IMG/VR virus record: IMGVR_UViG_3300013006_000023
Span: 43,652-107,651 of that record
DNA length: 64,000 bases
Source: a virus
Strand: one strand, 5' to 3'
The position numbers and the translations under genes are program-made. How positions within the stretch are numbered: position 1 is the first letter of the stretch; each line of letters begins with the position of its first letter. The notes beneath the pieces were generated by a model, which ran no database searches, was not told the origin of the DNA, and saw only the letters and a list, made by a program, of their open reading frames with translations. Shown here in pieces: positions 8,729-17,955 of the stretch.

Positions 8729-9613
8729 GTGAAAAACATAATAATTCTTGGCAAAGGCTTTGTCGGCAACCATATCTTCAATCATTTTAAAGAATGGTTC
8801 AACATGCATGCAGTTATAGTTGACAGGAAAGAAGTTGACTATTTCAATGAAATTGCATTGAAAAAATTTCTAAGGGAGCTTCATTGCTATCCAGAGAATG
8901 ACATTGTGTTTATTAATTGTTCTGGATACACAGGCAGACCCAATGTTGATGCATGTGAGTTGAACAAAGAAATTTGTGTGGAATACAATACTAAATTGCC
9001 CATTTTCTTGAGCAACTTCTGCCAAAAATATAAACACTATCTCATCAATGTGTCAAGCGGGTGTATTTACAGCGGTTATGAGAAAGACTACACAGAAGAT
9101 GACGTTCCGAATTTTGGAATGTATTCCAATGTTAGCAGTTTTTATTCTAAAACAAAACATCTAGCTGAACTGCTCTATACAAAGACACATTCATCAATCC
9201 TCAGAATACGTATGCCATTCTGCTCATATTCTTCTGAACGCAATATCATTAATAAAATTATAAACTATGATAATCTCATATCTTTCAAAAACAGTTTAAC
9301 CTCTCTTGATGATTTGTCAGTCTTTATTAACAAATTCATAGTTCACGAATTTTACAAGACTAAACCTGATATATACAATGTGGTCAACCCAGGTGGAATT
9401 GATGCAAAGGAGATAGTTCAGTTACTTTCAAAAAATAACATCATTAATAAGAATTGGAAGTTTGTAGATATTGAAAATTTGCAACTCAAAGCAAATCGTT
9501 CCAATTGTGTTTTGTCTACTGAAAAAATAGCTGATCTTGGATTAGACCTGCCCCCTGTGCATGAAACACTGCTGTCTAGTATTGAGAAACTCTCCCATGA
9601 AACAGCTGTTTAG
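8729..9613 (+). CDS. NDP-4-keto-6-deoxyglucose 3,5-epimerase/4-reductase (RmlD/NRS-ER-like; NDP-rhamnose synthesis)
   Basis: GKGFVG Rossmann motif, GYTGRPNVDACE, SSGCIY, FYSKTK (YxxxK), LRIRMP. Confidence 0.85.
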   Translation: MKNIIILGKGFVGNHIFNHFKEWFNMHAVIVDRKEVDYFNEIALKKFLRELHCYPENDIVFINCSGYTGRPNVDACELNKEICVEYNTKLPIFLSNFCQKYKHYLINVSSGCIYSGYEKDYTEDDVPNFGMYSNVSSFYSKTKHLAELLYTKTHSSILRIRMPFCSYSSERNIINKIINYDNLISFKNSLTSLDDLSVFINKFIVHEFYKTKPDIYNVVNPGGIDAKEIVQLLSKNNIINKNWKFVDIENLQLKANRSNCVLSTEKIADLGLDLPPVHETLLSSIEKLSHETAV

Positions 9614-9878
9614 TTTGTTCAGCAAACATCCTCGCGAGCGTCATGTATATGCTGTTTGTGGTGGTAAATACTTGGGTGAAATGTTTGTTTTTATGGAAAA
9701 ACGAGATGCAGAATACTATTTCCTATCATTACCAGACATGCAAATCAGACAGGTGCCTATTGAAAAATTCGATACAGGATTAAAGGAAAAGATACTGGAT
9801 GTTGTCAACAAGCTGCCTGTAGAGATCTATAGTATGTGTCAAAAACAGTATAAAACAAATAAGACTATTGATAAATAA
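9597..9878 (+). CDS. Hypothetical protein
   Basis: ORF in operon; likely start ATG 9597. Confidence 0.6.
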   Translation: MKQLFSLFSKHPRERHVYAVCGGKYLGEMFVFMEKRDAEYYFLSLPDMQIRQVPIEKFDTGLKEKILDVVNKLPVEIYSMCQKQYKTNKTIDK

Positions 9879-9887
9879 TTAGGGTGG

Positions 9888-9895
9888 TATAAATA
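9888..9895 (+). promoter_or_regulatory. T4-type late promoter TATAAATA
   Basis: Exact consensus 5 nt before ATG 9901. Confidence 0.7.
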
Positions 9896-9900
9896 GTTCT

Positions 9901-10110
9901 ATGAATTTAATTATTGAAACAACTTTTAGGTCTGAGAAAGATAAGAATAAGGACGTGGAATCATTTACAGTTCTTTGTGATATTGATGCTATTCAAAATA
10001 TTATTAATACCAAAGGCGTGGAGGCTGCAAATACTGCGCTGGATTCATATGTTGCAAAGTTCACAGAGGATTTCAAGAGAAAGCTTTCCACTGCCTTGAG
10101 AAAGGTCTGA
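9901..10110 (+). CDS. Small hypothetical protein
   Basis: 69 aa behind a late promoter. Confidence 0.65.
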   Translation: MNLIIETTFRSEKDKNKDVESFTVLCDIDAIQNIINTKGVEAANTALDSYVAKFTEDFKRKLSTALRKV

Positions 10111-10111
10111 T

Positions 10112-10297
10112 ATGGATCTTATTGACCCTCGTCCCATCACTTCCCCCATTAGTGGACAGCCTGTCAGACCAGTCTTAAAGACCTTTATTCGTGGTAACAA
10201 GGAAATAGTTGAAGCGCATTATATTGATCCTGCAAGTGGTGTTTTCATACGCAAAGGCCTGGTATCAGTAAAAGATATTGAACCTCCAAAGAAATAA
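10112..10297 (+). CDS. Small hypothetical protein
   Basis: 61 aa; SPISG and DPASG knuckle-like motifs. Confidence 0.6.
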   Translation: MDLIDPRPITSPISGQPVRPVLKTFIRGNKEIVEAHYIDPASGVFIRKGLVSVKDIEPPKK

Positions 10298-10305
10298 GTT
10301 ATAAT
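10278..10305 (+). promoter_or_regulatory. Sigma70-like promoter, leaderless
   Basis: TTGAAC-N16-TATAAT, 6 nt before GTG 10312. Confidence 0.6.
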
Positions 10306-10311
10306 ATTTTT

Positions 10312-11355
10312 GTGGTTATACCTCAAGAATATATTGTTCAGAAATTCTATCAGTATGCAGGTTACCCTAAGTTCAAGAAATTTAGCAACACATACATGGC
10401 CGGGTGTCCAATATGCAGAGAAGGAAAATCATGGAACAAAAAACGTAGATGCATTTATTTGGTAGATGATAATAAAATTTGCTGTCATAATTGTGGTTGG
10501 TATGGTGATACTGTCAAGTGGGTGCAAGAAGTCTCCGGACTTACTTTTGTGGAAATTATAAATGAATCGAAAAATTATGAGATTTTGCCTCTGGAAGCAT
10601 TAGCGGACGACCAGAGAAGCGACATTCAAAAACCCATCAAAGTTGAAAGACTGCCACTTGAATCAATTGATTTATTTGACAAGATGCAGATTAATTACTA
10701 TAACAACAATAGGACAGTTAATGATGCACTGCTCTTGTTAGAGAAGAGAAGAATGATTAACGCTATCAATAGACCCAAATCTTTGTTTCTATCATTGAAT
10801 GATAAAGTTCATAAGAACAGAATCATAATACCTTTCTATAACGAGGAAAATGAGGTCATCTTCTATCAATCAAGAATCATCTATGATAAAGATCTGAGGC
10901 TGTATCCCAAATACTTGAGCAAAATAAATGGTGAAAAATCTCTGTACAACATTAACAACATAAATGCAGATTTAGAATATATCTTTGTTTTTGAAGGCCC
11001 TATTGATGCATTTTTTGTGCGCAATGGCACAGCAATTTCAGGTATTCAAGAGAATAGCCACACCATGTTTTCTGCATTACAGGAGAATCAGCTGAATTCA
11101 TTTAAATTTCACAAACGCATTTGGGTGCTGGATAGTCAATATAATGATAGGGCCAGCAGAAACAAGACTGAGAAGCTCATACAAAATGGTGAAACTGTAT
11201 TCATATGGCCTGAAAATGACGGCAAAAAATACAAGGATATTAATGATCTGGTAATAGATAAAAAAATAGATTCAGTGGATCCAAGTTATTTTGTTGAAAA
11301 TTCCCACAGCGGAATCAAGGCAAAATTATTATTATCTGTCATTAGCAGAAATTAA
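10312..11355 (+). CDS. gp61: DNA primase
   Basis: CPIC...CHNCG Zn finger, RIIIPFY, TOPRIM FEGPIDA, KDIND. Confidence 0.92.
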   Translation: MVIPQEYIVQKFYQYAGYPKFKKFSNTYMAGCPICREGKSWNKKRRCIYLVDDNKICCHNCGWYGDTVKWVQEVSGLTFVEIINESKNYEILPLEALADDQRSDIQKPIKVERLPLESIDLFDKMQINYYNNNRTVNDALLLLEKRRMINAINRPKSLFLSLNDKVHKNRIIIPFYNEENEVIFYQSRIIYDKDLRLYPKYLSKINGEKSLYNINNINADLEYIFVFEGPIDAFFVRNGTAISGIQENSHTMFSALQENQLNSFKFHKRIWVLDSQYNDRASRNKTEKLIQNGETVFIWPENDGKKYKDINDLVIDKKIDSVDPSYFVENSHSGIKAKLLLSVISRN

Positions 11356-11739
11356 GTACCCCTTCATTGATTCACTCAATGAGCTTAATTCTGCGGCCAG
11401 CCTGGCAATCTTCTTTTTCTCACTTCTGGCCATGTCCTCAAATATTGAATCACAAGGAGCAGCATGCAGCTGCACTTGAATAGAATCAGAATCTGTGCCA
11501 TTTAAAAATTTAATAAACACATCAATTTGCTCAATCCATCCTCTTAATGACTGCAATTGATGTTGCTTGTTTTGATCAACAACTGTCTCTCTGCCTTTAA
11601 TATCATAGTCTTCAGGTGCTGTGGTTTTTAGAGTTTGCGCCATGGCATTTCTATCATTTTGTGGAGCTGCTACTGCAGTATCATCCATGTTCTCATCCGC
11701 TTCAAGCACTGTATCAAACACCTTATTAAAGAGACTCAT
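11332..11739 (-). CDS. Hypothetical late protein
   Basis: 135 aa; late motif 5 nt upstream (11745-11750). Confidence 0.7.
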   Translation of the reverse strand: MSLFNKVFDTVLEADENMDDTAVAAPQNDRNAMAQTLKTTAPEDYDIKGRETVVDQNKQHQLQSLRGWIEQIDVFIKFLNGTDSDSIQVQLHAAPCDSIFEDMARSEKKKIARLAAELSSLSESMKGYLISANDR

Positions 11740-11773
11740 AATATTATTTATTCCAAAAAGATTAAATAATTAT

Positions 11774-12136
11774 GTGAAACATACTCTTTTGTTTGATGAA
11801 GTGATGCAATATAACAAATGGGTAAGCGGCATTGCATCCAGAGATCTGTCAACTCAACGTGTCACTCTGAATGACATTTTTGACACCAACAAAAACCCGC
11901 AAATTCCAGGTGCCATCAAAGCTGGCAATGATCTGCCATACCCACTTAGAAACGTTATAAATCAGCTTGGTGATCTGTATGTAAACTCTTCTAATTCAGT
12001 GGAGCTCTTCAAGCAATCATTGAACAATCCAAATATTGAGTTCAATGATGATGCCAAGGCTTACATCATTTCTGCAATCAAGAAACTCACAGTCATACAA
12101 AACTTAATAAAAACTGTTATCAGTGGTAACAAATAG
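11774..12136 (+). CDS. Hypothetical late protein
   Basis: GTG 11774 lies 5 nt after TAAATA; the upstream part of the track ORF overlaps the divergent gene. Confidence 0.65.
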   Translation: MKHTLLFDEVMQYNKWVSGIASRDLSTQRVTLNDIFDTNKNPQIPGAIKAGNDLPYPLRNVINQLGDLYVNSSNSVELFKQSLNNPNIEFNDDAKAYIISAIKKLTVIQNLIKTVISGNK

Positions 12137-12137
12137 C

Positions 12138-12166
12138 TTGCTGATATTGGAATTGTAATATATAAT
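12138..12166 (+). promoter_or_regulatory. Sigma70-like promoter, leaderless
   Basis: TTGCTG-N17-TATAAT, 7 nt before ATG 12174. Confidence 0.55.
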
Positions 12167-12173
12167 ACTATAT

Positions 12174-12599
12174 ATGCTCAAAAAGCTATTGAATCAGCTA
12201 TTCACACTGTGCCTTGTGTCTTTGCTATTTGCCATTATTTTTTATCTGCTGAAGCTTAATTTTGTTGCAGGCATACTGACAGGTATCGTCTTTCAGTTTA
12301 CTGGTTTTTACTTGTATTCAACCTTTTTACGAATTTACACCGGTCTTCAAATAAAAAAAATCGAAAATGAAATGCTCAAGGAGCTGTCTTTTCAAGGTTT
12401 GGAAGTGGCATGCCCTTGCTACAAGAAGGTTGTGGAATTTGTACCCATTAGACTCAATGCAAAGAATTATTACAAATGCACGCAGTGCAACAAGAAAATA
12501 AGTGTAATAATTGACGCGGAAACGGCCATTGCAACAGAAGCCATTGAAAACCCATCAGCTGTTTTAAATAATCTAAGGATTCCAGATGCAAATTCCTAA
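12174..12599 (+). CDS. Membrane protein with putative Zn ribbon
   Basis: Two N-terminal hydrophobic helices, then CPC...CTQC. Confidence 0.65.
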   Translation: MLKKLLNQLFTLCLVSLLFAIIFYLLKLNFVAGILTGIVFQFTGFYLYSTFLRIYTGLQIKKIENEMLKELSFQGLEVACPCYKKVVEFVPIRLNAKNYYKCTQCNKKISVIIDAETAIATEAIENPSAVLNNLRIPDANS

Positions 12600-13035
12600 A
12601 AGCATTGAGAAATTGACAACCAGCATACCGCCCAATAGCATTGACCGTGCAGTTGAATCTGCAAGCTTGCTTCCAGATGACATTATACTTTTTTTTAAAA
12701 AGTATCTGACCATAGCTGACTACCAAAAATTTGAATATGGCTTTGTATCTCTTAAAAAAGTATCTGATGAAAGAGTTTTCTTCTCCGGTTTAAATAATCT
12801 CTTTTATGATGCGTTGAGTGCCTCTATCAAAAATAGCGATGTGTTGGAAGAACATAAAGAACAAATTACCAGATGCTGCCGCACATTCTTTGAAGCACAA
12901 AACACGTCTTTGAATGCATTTCTTGAAGTGATAACTTTTTTTAATAAAAATAAGAATCTTCTTGACGTAAAAGATCTTTCATATATTATTATTGGATATG
13001 CAATTAGTACCATCAAAAAACTCCATAACAGTTAA
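12586..13035 (+). CDS. Hypothetical protein
   Basis: Overlapping operon ORF. Confidence 0.6.
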   Translation: MQIPKSIEKLTTSIPPNSIDRAVESASLLPDDIILFFKKYLTIADYQKFEYGFVSLKKVSDERVFFSGLNNLFYDALSASIKNSDVLEEHKEQITRCCRTFFEAQNTSLNAFLEVITFFNKNKNLLDVKDLSYIIIGYAISTIKKLHNS

Positions 13036-13324
13036 GACCAATTCAAATAAAGTTCATGAACTTAAACTTCAAGAATATACCAGGTGGATATGCTTGGTTG
13101 AAGCCTTGGATTACATATCAAAAAAAGCAGGCAATTTCAAATGCAATTTGCAGGACAATGATGACTGGATCAAGCCCTTGGCTTTTCAAAAATATATTGC
13201 TGAGAGGTATGAATCCATGCTAGATGAAATTTCATTAAATGAATTCAATACAATGCACACTGTACCACCTAGTTTAAATGAGGAGAATGCATGCACTACA
13301 TCGTTGGAACCAGCTTCACTATAA
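12998..13324 (+). CDS. Hypothetical protein
   Basis: Overlapping operon ORF; ATG 12998. Confidence 0.6.
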   Translation: MQLVPSKNSITVKTNSNKVHELKLQEYTRWICLVEALDYISKKAGNFKCNLQDNDDWIKPLAFQKYIAERYESMLDEISLNEFNTMHTVPPSLNEENACTTSLEPASL

Positions 13325-13560
13325 TACACAACCCTTCATATCAATTGCTTGATAAAAGGTTCAAATACAATATAAAATATGTATTAACCAACATATCCAA
13401 GAAAGATAATAAATTTATCTATACATTTGCATGCATAGATGGTAAAGTGGCTGCTGAATTTAACAGCATACCAGATGCAGAAAAGTTCATTTCAAATTGC
13501 AGAAAAGAAAGAATACCTGTGTATTCTTATGATGAACCTCAACCGCCATATCCGCCATAA
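13291..13560 (+). CDS. Hypothetical protein
   Basis: AGGAG 5 nt upstream of ATG. Confidence 0.6.
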   Translation: MHYIVGTSFTIIHNPSYQLLDKRFKYNIKYVLTNISKKDNKFIYTFACIDGKVAAEFNSIPDAEKFISNCRKERIPVYSYDEPQPPYPP

Positions 13561-14273
13561 ACATCAGAGTAATTGGTTTGGCTGTAGTCAAACACGCTCT
13601 TGGATGCTTCATTGACACTGTAGTTGTAAGGCTTGACTGCACCTGATGCATAAGGGCTTTTTGTGTCGTCAAAAACCTGATCATTAACCACTTCACCGCC
13701 ACTGAGCCCAGGCTCAAATGAATATTCAAACCTCTTGGCTTTAACCAACCACACATAGTGTCCCATGAGAGGGTTTATTTGTGCAATATCTTGATCTAGT
13801 CGTTGTGTGATTTCATATATGTTGCCTTGTCTGCCACCAGGCCTATCATTGCCATATTCAACAAGCTTGAACAGATCACCAGACTTGGGCTCCTGGTTAT
13901 AACCAAATGCAGTGTAAAATGCGCTTATGTGAATGAATGCGGTGAGCTCATCATCTGATACCAATCCAAACTTGCTCAACATTAATGCATTTTCTTGCAA
14001 GTTTATTGCCACAGTAATCAATCTTGGTGTAGAATATTGTTGTATTGGATCTTCGCCATATAAATTATCTGCAGATAAAACGTTGTAATTGTGTGTATAA
14101 TACTCGACCTTCTGACCGTACAGATTAATCTGTTCCCTCCAATAATTAGAAACCGTCATTCGTTCAGCTGAATTGTTATCTTTATCTGTGTATCTAAAAC
14201 AGTCGTTATCCTTGAAGGCAAAAGGCTGTATGTTTATAGTGTTACTACCTGTATACTTGTCCTTAGTATTCAT
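13539..14273 (-). CDS. gp14: Neck protein
   Basis: INLYGQKVEYY, NLYGEDP, SKFGL..DE, PKSGDL, IYEI, FEYS. Confidence 0.75.
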   Translation of the reverse strand: MNTKDKYTGSNTINIQPFAFKDNDCFRYTDKDNNSAERMTVSNYWREQINLYGQKVEYYTHNYNVLSADNLYGEDPIQQYSTPRLITVAINLQENALMLSKFGLVSDDELTAFIHISAFYTAFGYNQEPKSGDLFKLVEYGNDRPGGRQGNIYEITQRLDQDIAQINPLMGHYVWLVKAKRFEYSFEPGLSGGEVVNDQVFDDTKSPYASGAVKPYNYSVNEASKSVFDYSQTNYSDVYGGYGG

Positions 14274-14593
14274 TTCTCTATTATGGCTTTCCTAAAAATT
14301 GGGTCAAATTTCAAAACAATGCCTGTATTGCCAAGCTTCTTTGGATTTTGCGGATCAAATTCCAAGTTGTATTCATTTTGTATTTGTTGTATATCCTGAA
14401 TATTAAGAATTTGTTTACCACTATCTTGATTCATCAAGGTCTGTACTTTTTGATTCTTAACTTTAGTTCTTACGTAATCAGGAACCGTTTTACCCGGGGT
14501 TTGTGGATGCGATATGGGATCAGGGATTACATCTTTCATGTGCCGATGCTCCACTCCATACTTTTCGAAAAATTTTAAAAAGGACTCAGCCAT
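14270..14593 (-). CDS. Hypothetical late protein
   Basis: Late motif 5 nt upstream; coupled to gp14. Confidence 0.65.
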   Translation of the reverse strand: MAESFLKFFEKYGVEHRHMKDVIPDPISHPQTPGKTVPDYVRTKVKNQKVQTLMNQDSGKQILNIQDIQQIQNEYNLEFDPQNPKKLGNTGIVLKFDPIFRKAIIEK

Positions 14594-14607
14594 GTAGATA
14601 TTTAAGC

Positions 14608-14644
14608 AAAAAAAAAGGCTTAATTTACATTAAGCCCTTTTTTT
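14608..14644. terminator. Intrinsic terminator, potentially bidirectional
   Basis: A-run, stem GGCTTAAT/ATTAAGCC with a 4-nt loop, T-run; downstream of the minus-strand gene ending at 14664. Confidence 0.85.
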
Positions 14645-14663
14645 ACTATTTTTGAATTTTTAG

Positions 14664-15284
14664 TTATTTTAAACCAGCAAGGTATGATCCGACTTTTGAT
14701 GTCTTTGAATCAACTTTGTTGCTTTTGCCTGTGAAAGCATTAGCACCTTTGACTCCAGCACCAACTAAAGCATGGCCTTTTTCACCATCATTGCCAACTT
14801 TATCAGTAACCTTGGCATCACCTGCACCACTTGAAGTTAGTGACTTTGTAACATCACCAACTTTGTTGTCTTTCTTCTGTAGTCCTTGACCAGCAGAAGC
14901 AGGAAGTTCCTTGAGCTCTGTAGCTTCCTTTGCAACACCTTCATTATCTTCATCTTCTTTATGCTCATCTTTCTTCATCTTTGCCTTTGCTTCGGCATCT
15001 TCTGAAGGAGCAAATTGTTCATCTTCACTTGCATCACCCTCTTCACCGCCCATTCCCTCTTCATCGCCAGCTTCCTCTTCAGTGTCAAGAACAGCTTTTA
15101 GTGCATCACACAATTTGTGTGCAATGTCACGAGGCAGTGTAAAACTTACTTCACCTTCTTCACCTGAATCATTACCTGAATCAACTGAAGGCAGGCCAAG
15201 GGCTGCAGCATCAACTGCTTCAGTGTCTTGGGCCTGATCGGACATTACATCCTCATACAATTTGTCAAAAATAGATTTGCTCAT
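14664..15284 (-). CDS. Candidate nested in-frame product (206 aa, MSKSIFDKLYE...)
   Basis: Internal late motif (TATTTA on + strand, 15290-15295) 5 nt before an in-frame ATG. Confidence 0.5.
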   Translation of the reverse strand: MSKSIFDKLYEDVMSDQAQDTEAVDAAALGLPSVDSGNDSGEEGEVSFTLPRDIAHKLCDALKAVLDTEEEAGDEEGMGGEEGDASEDEQFAPSEDAEAKAKMKKDEHKEDEDNEGVAKEATELKELPASAGQGLQKKDNKVGDVTKSLTSSGAGDAKVTDKVGNDGEKGHALVGAGVKGANAFTGKSNKVDSKTSKVGSYLAGLK

Positions 15285-15581
15285 AAAATTATTTATTGTT
15301 TTAACTTCAGTTTTTTCATAATTTTGTGAGAATTTTTCTGGTTGATAGAAATTTTCTTTTTTACTTGCTACCTTTGTATCAATTAAATTGTCTCTAAACC
15401 CGTCAGCATTCTCTGGACCAGTGTTCTTAACAAAAGCATTCTTGTCAGCTTCTGCCTCCGAGGGCTCTTTCTTATCCACCATCTTGAAAGTGCCCTTGGG
15501 TGGAAACATTGACTTCTTTTCTTCTATAATCTTATTTTCATAGAAGTTACCCATTTCTATTAGTGTTCTTGTCTGGTTCAT
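14664..15581 (-). CDS. Acidic low-complexity late protein (prohead core/scaffold-like)
   Basis: Glu/Asp-rich centre; late motif 6 nt upstream; next to terminase. Confidence 0.6.
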   Translation of the reverse strand: MNQTRTLIEMGNFYENKIIEEKKSMFPPKGTFKMVDKKEPSEAEADKNAFVKNTGPENADGFRDNLIDTKVASKKENFYQPEKFSQNYEKTEVKTINNFMSKSIFDKLYEDVMSDQAQDTEAVDAAALGLPSVDSGNDSGEEGEVSFTLPRDIAHKLCDALKAVLDTEEEAGDEEGMGGEEGDASEDEQFAPSEDAEAKAKMKKDEHKEDEDNEGVAKEATELKELPASAGQGLQKKDNKVGDVTKSLTSSGAGDAKVTDKVGNDGEKGHALVGAGVKGANAFTGKSNKVDSKTSKVGSYLAGLK

Positions 15582-15601
15582 ATTAAGTATTTAATGTATC
15601 T

Positions 15602-17308
15602 ATGCCAAAAAAACCAGATTCCAAGTTTTATTTAGGTAATCAAAATCTACCTACGTCTGAAACAGTATTTGATTATGAAGCACACCCTGAATGGGTGGAA
15701 GACATAGCCAAATCAAGAAAGAACATACTTTTCTTTGCAGAAAACTTTTTCTTCATTACCAACCTGGACGAGGGAAAGATGAAGATCAAGCTTCACAGCT
15801 ATCAAAGGCGAATCTTGAGAAGTCTAAGGGATAATAGATTTGTTTGTCTGTTGGCATCAAGACAAGTAGGAAAAACAACTCTCATGACCATATATGCTTT
15901 GTGGATTGCCTGCTTTTTTGAAGATCAACGTATTTTAGTGGTCGCCAACAAAGAGCAAACTGCAATTAACATTTTTAAGAGGATACGGTTAGCTTATGAA
16001 AAACTACCTAACTACCTCAAACCAGGCACTGTAGAATATGGGAAAACATCCATGTCACTGGGCAATGGCAGTAGCATAGGCATTTCCACAACCAGCAGTG
16101 ATGCAGGCAGAGGTGACAGTTGCAACGTTCTTATTTTGGACGAGCTAGCGTTTATTGACAATCATCTTGTGGAACAATTCTGGAGCTCAGTCTATCCAAT
16201 TATCTCATCATCTAAGAAGTCCAAAATATTTGTTGCTTCAACACCAAATGGTACAGGCAATCTCTTTCATGAATTATATACAGGAGCAATAGAACGTAAA
16301 AATGACTGGCATGCAGAAAAAGTCGATTGGTGGGAATTTCCGGGAAGAGATGAAGCATGGAAAGAAAATACAATACGCACCTTAGGTAGCAGGGATGTAT
16401 TTGATCAAGAGTTTGGAAATGTTTTCTTACAAACTGGTGAAAGTGCTCTGGACGAAAAACTTTTTGAAGAAATGAAAAGTGAATGCACTGAACCAAAATT
16501 TGTTTTTGAAGATGGAAAATATCAATTATGGGATGAACCTAACAAAGAAAAAATTTATGTCGTTGGCGTGGACATAAGTGAAGGTGTGGGTGAAGCTGCA
16601 AGTGTCATACAAATCTTGGACATTACTAACTTAAGACAGATTGAACAGGTAGCTGTGTATCACAATCGAACTATAAGCCCTTATAACTTCACAACAAAAT
16701 TATTTGAAATCCTACAACATTGGGGCTCACCGCTTGCCATGATTGAAAGAAACAATTGTGGCGCACAAGTAGTTGATCAACTTAAAAATACGCACCTATA
16801 TGAGAATATTGTTTCATATGGTCCCAAGATTGGTGGCACTAGTTTTAATAAACCAGGTGTACTGGCTCATACTAATTCAAAGTATAAAGGTGTAATGAAC
16901 ATGAGGTATTGGATTAATGAATTAAAATCTGTAAAAATTAAAGATGTAAAAACACTAAAAGAATTAAAAGCTTTTATTCGGTATCCTAATGGTACGTGGA
17001 GTGCTAAACCTGGAATGGATAATTGGGATGATCGTGTAATGAGCTTAATATGGGCATTAATGATCTTAGAAAATGATTTGGTTGAAAAATTTTTTGATGT
17101 TAGTGAATTTGATTCAAATAAAAAACCACTAACAATTAAATCGCTTGACTACGGAATAAAATATTTTATTAATCCAACTTCAATATACAGTAATGAAAAG
17201 GATGCATCCATGGGCTCCACAACACCTATTGTGTTTTCACAAGCTGATCAAGAAGAGCTTGAAGGCTTAAAAGAATTGGAGTCACAGGGGTGGTCTAGAT
17301 TAAGTTAA
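15602..17308 (+). CDS. gp17: Terminase large subunit
   Basis: SRQVGKT Walker A, LILDELAF Walker B, STPNG, nuclease VGVDISEG and DDRVMSL. Confidence 0.96.
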   Translation: MPKKPDSKFYLGNQNLPTSETVFDYEAHPEWVEDIAKSRKNILFFAENFFFITNLDEGKMKIKLHSYQRRILRSLRDNRFVCLLASRQVGKTTLMTIYALWIACFFEDQRILVVANKEQTAINIFKRIRLAYEKLPNYLKPGTVEYGKTSMSLGNGSSIGISTTSSDAGRGDSCNVLILDELAFIDNHLVEQFWSSVYPIISSSKKSKIFVASTPNGTGNLFHELYTGAIERKNDWHAEKVDWWEFPGRDEAWKENTIRTLGSRDVFDQEFGNVFLQTGESALDEKLFEEMKSECTEPKFVFEDGKYQLWDEPNKEKIYVVGVDISEGVGEAASVIQILDITNLRQIEQVAVYHNRTISPYNFTTKLFEILQHWGSPLAMIERNNCGAQVVDQLKNTHLYENIVSYGPKIGGTSFNKPGVLAHTNSKYKGVMNMRYWINELKSVKIKDVKTLKELKAFIRYPNGTWSAKPGMDNWDDRVMSLIWALMILENDLVEKFFDVSEFDSNKKPLTIKSLDYGIKYFINPTSIYSNEKDASMGSTTPIVFSQADQEELEGLKELESQGWSRLS

Positions 17309-17311
17309 TAT

Positions 17312-17914
17312 ATGGCAAACCTAGTTCCATATTCACAAAGTATTTTTAATAAAAGCAGAAAAGATAAATTTTTGCTCATATTGAACCTGCCCAAAGGATT
17401 AAAAGGCATTGATCGAAAAATTAATCGCAGTGATGCAACTATCAAAGAAGACTCTCTTCAATTTTCAGTCTATGGCAGCATTGTGCCCAACATTGAAATA
17501 CCTGCAATACCCTTAAAGTATGCAGGCCAAACCTTACACACATCTTCTCTGACCAGACCGCCCTATCCACCTCTTACTATAAACTTTACCGTTGACAACA
17601 GGTTCAACAATTATTGGGTAATTTACAAGTGGCTAAACATATTGAATGACAGTAAAACAGGCATATATGATGGTACCGATATCATGGCAAATAACAATAA
17701 ATCCATTAATCTTGAATATGCATCTAACTTGTCAATCTTCTCTTTGGATGAATATGACAAAAGAGTTATTGAGTTTGTATACACAAACGCGTTTCCAACC
17801 AGCTTAGCAGGCATTGATTACAACAATAGAGATGCAGGCGAAATAGAAACATCAGCTACATTCAATTATTCACAATTTCATGCTACTTTGGTGGAGAGTG
17901 TAGATAGTTTGTAA
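17312..17914 (+). CDS. gp3: Tail tube terminator / tail completion protein
   Basis: Tube-like pattern PLTINFTVD.RFNNYWVIYKWL and FPTSL.GIDY. Confidence 0.65.
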   Translation: MANLVPYSQSIFNKSRKDKFLLILNLPKGLKGIDRKINRSDATIKEDSLQFSVYGSIVPNIEIPAIPLKYAGQTLHTSSLTRPPYPPLTINFTVDNRFNNYWVIYKWLNILNDSKTGIYDGTDIMANNNKSINLEYASNLSIFSLDEYDKRVIEFVYTNAFPTSLAGIDYNNRDAGEIETSATFNYSQFHATLVESVDSL

Positions 17915-17943
17915 AAAACTAAAAAGTTTTATCCAAAAAACAA

Positions 17944-17949
17944 TAAATA
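17944..17949 (+). promoter_or_regulatory. Late promoter core TAAATA (representative of about 20 copies)
   Basis: 6 nt before sheath ATG; same spacing at 20254, 20830, 21747, 23373, 26732, 33025, 38838, 53268, 55816, 60990, 62157, 62472 and on the minus strand. Confidence 0.75.
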
Positions 17950-17955
17950 ATTTAT

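Noticed and set aside
11621-11773. 5' extension of ORF 11621-12136
   Set aside because: Overlaps the divergent gene; late motif supports GTG 11774
17914-17930. Weak hairpin AAAACT-AAAA-AGTTTT after gp3
   Set aside because: Nearly all A/T stem; too weak to call a terminator
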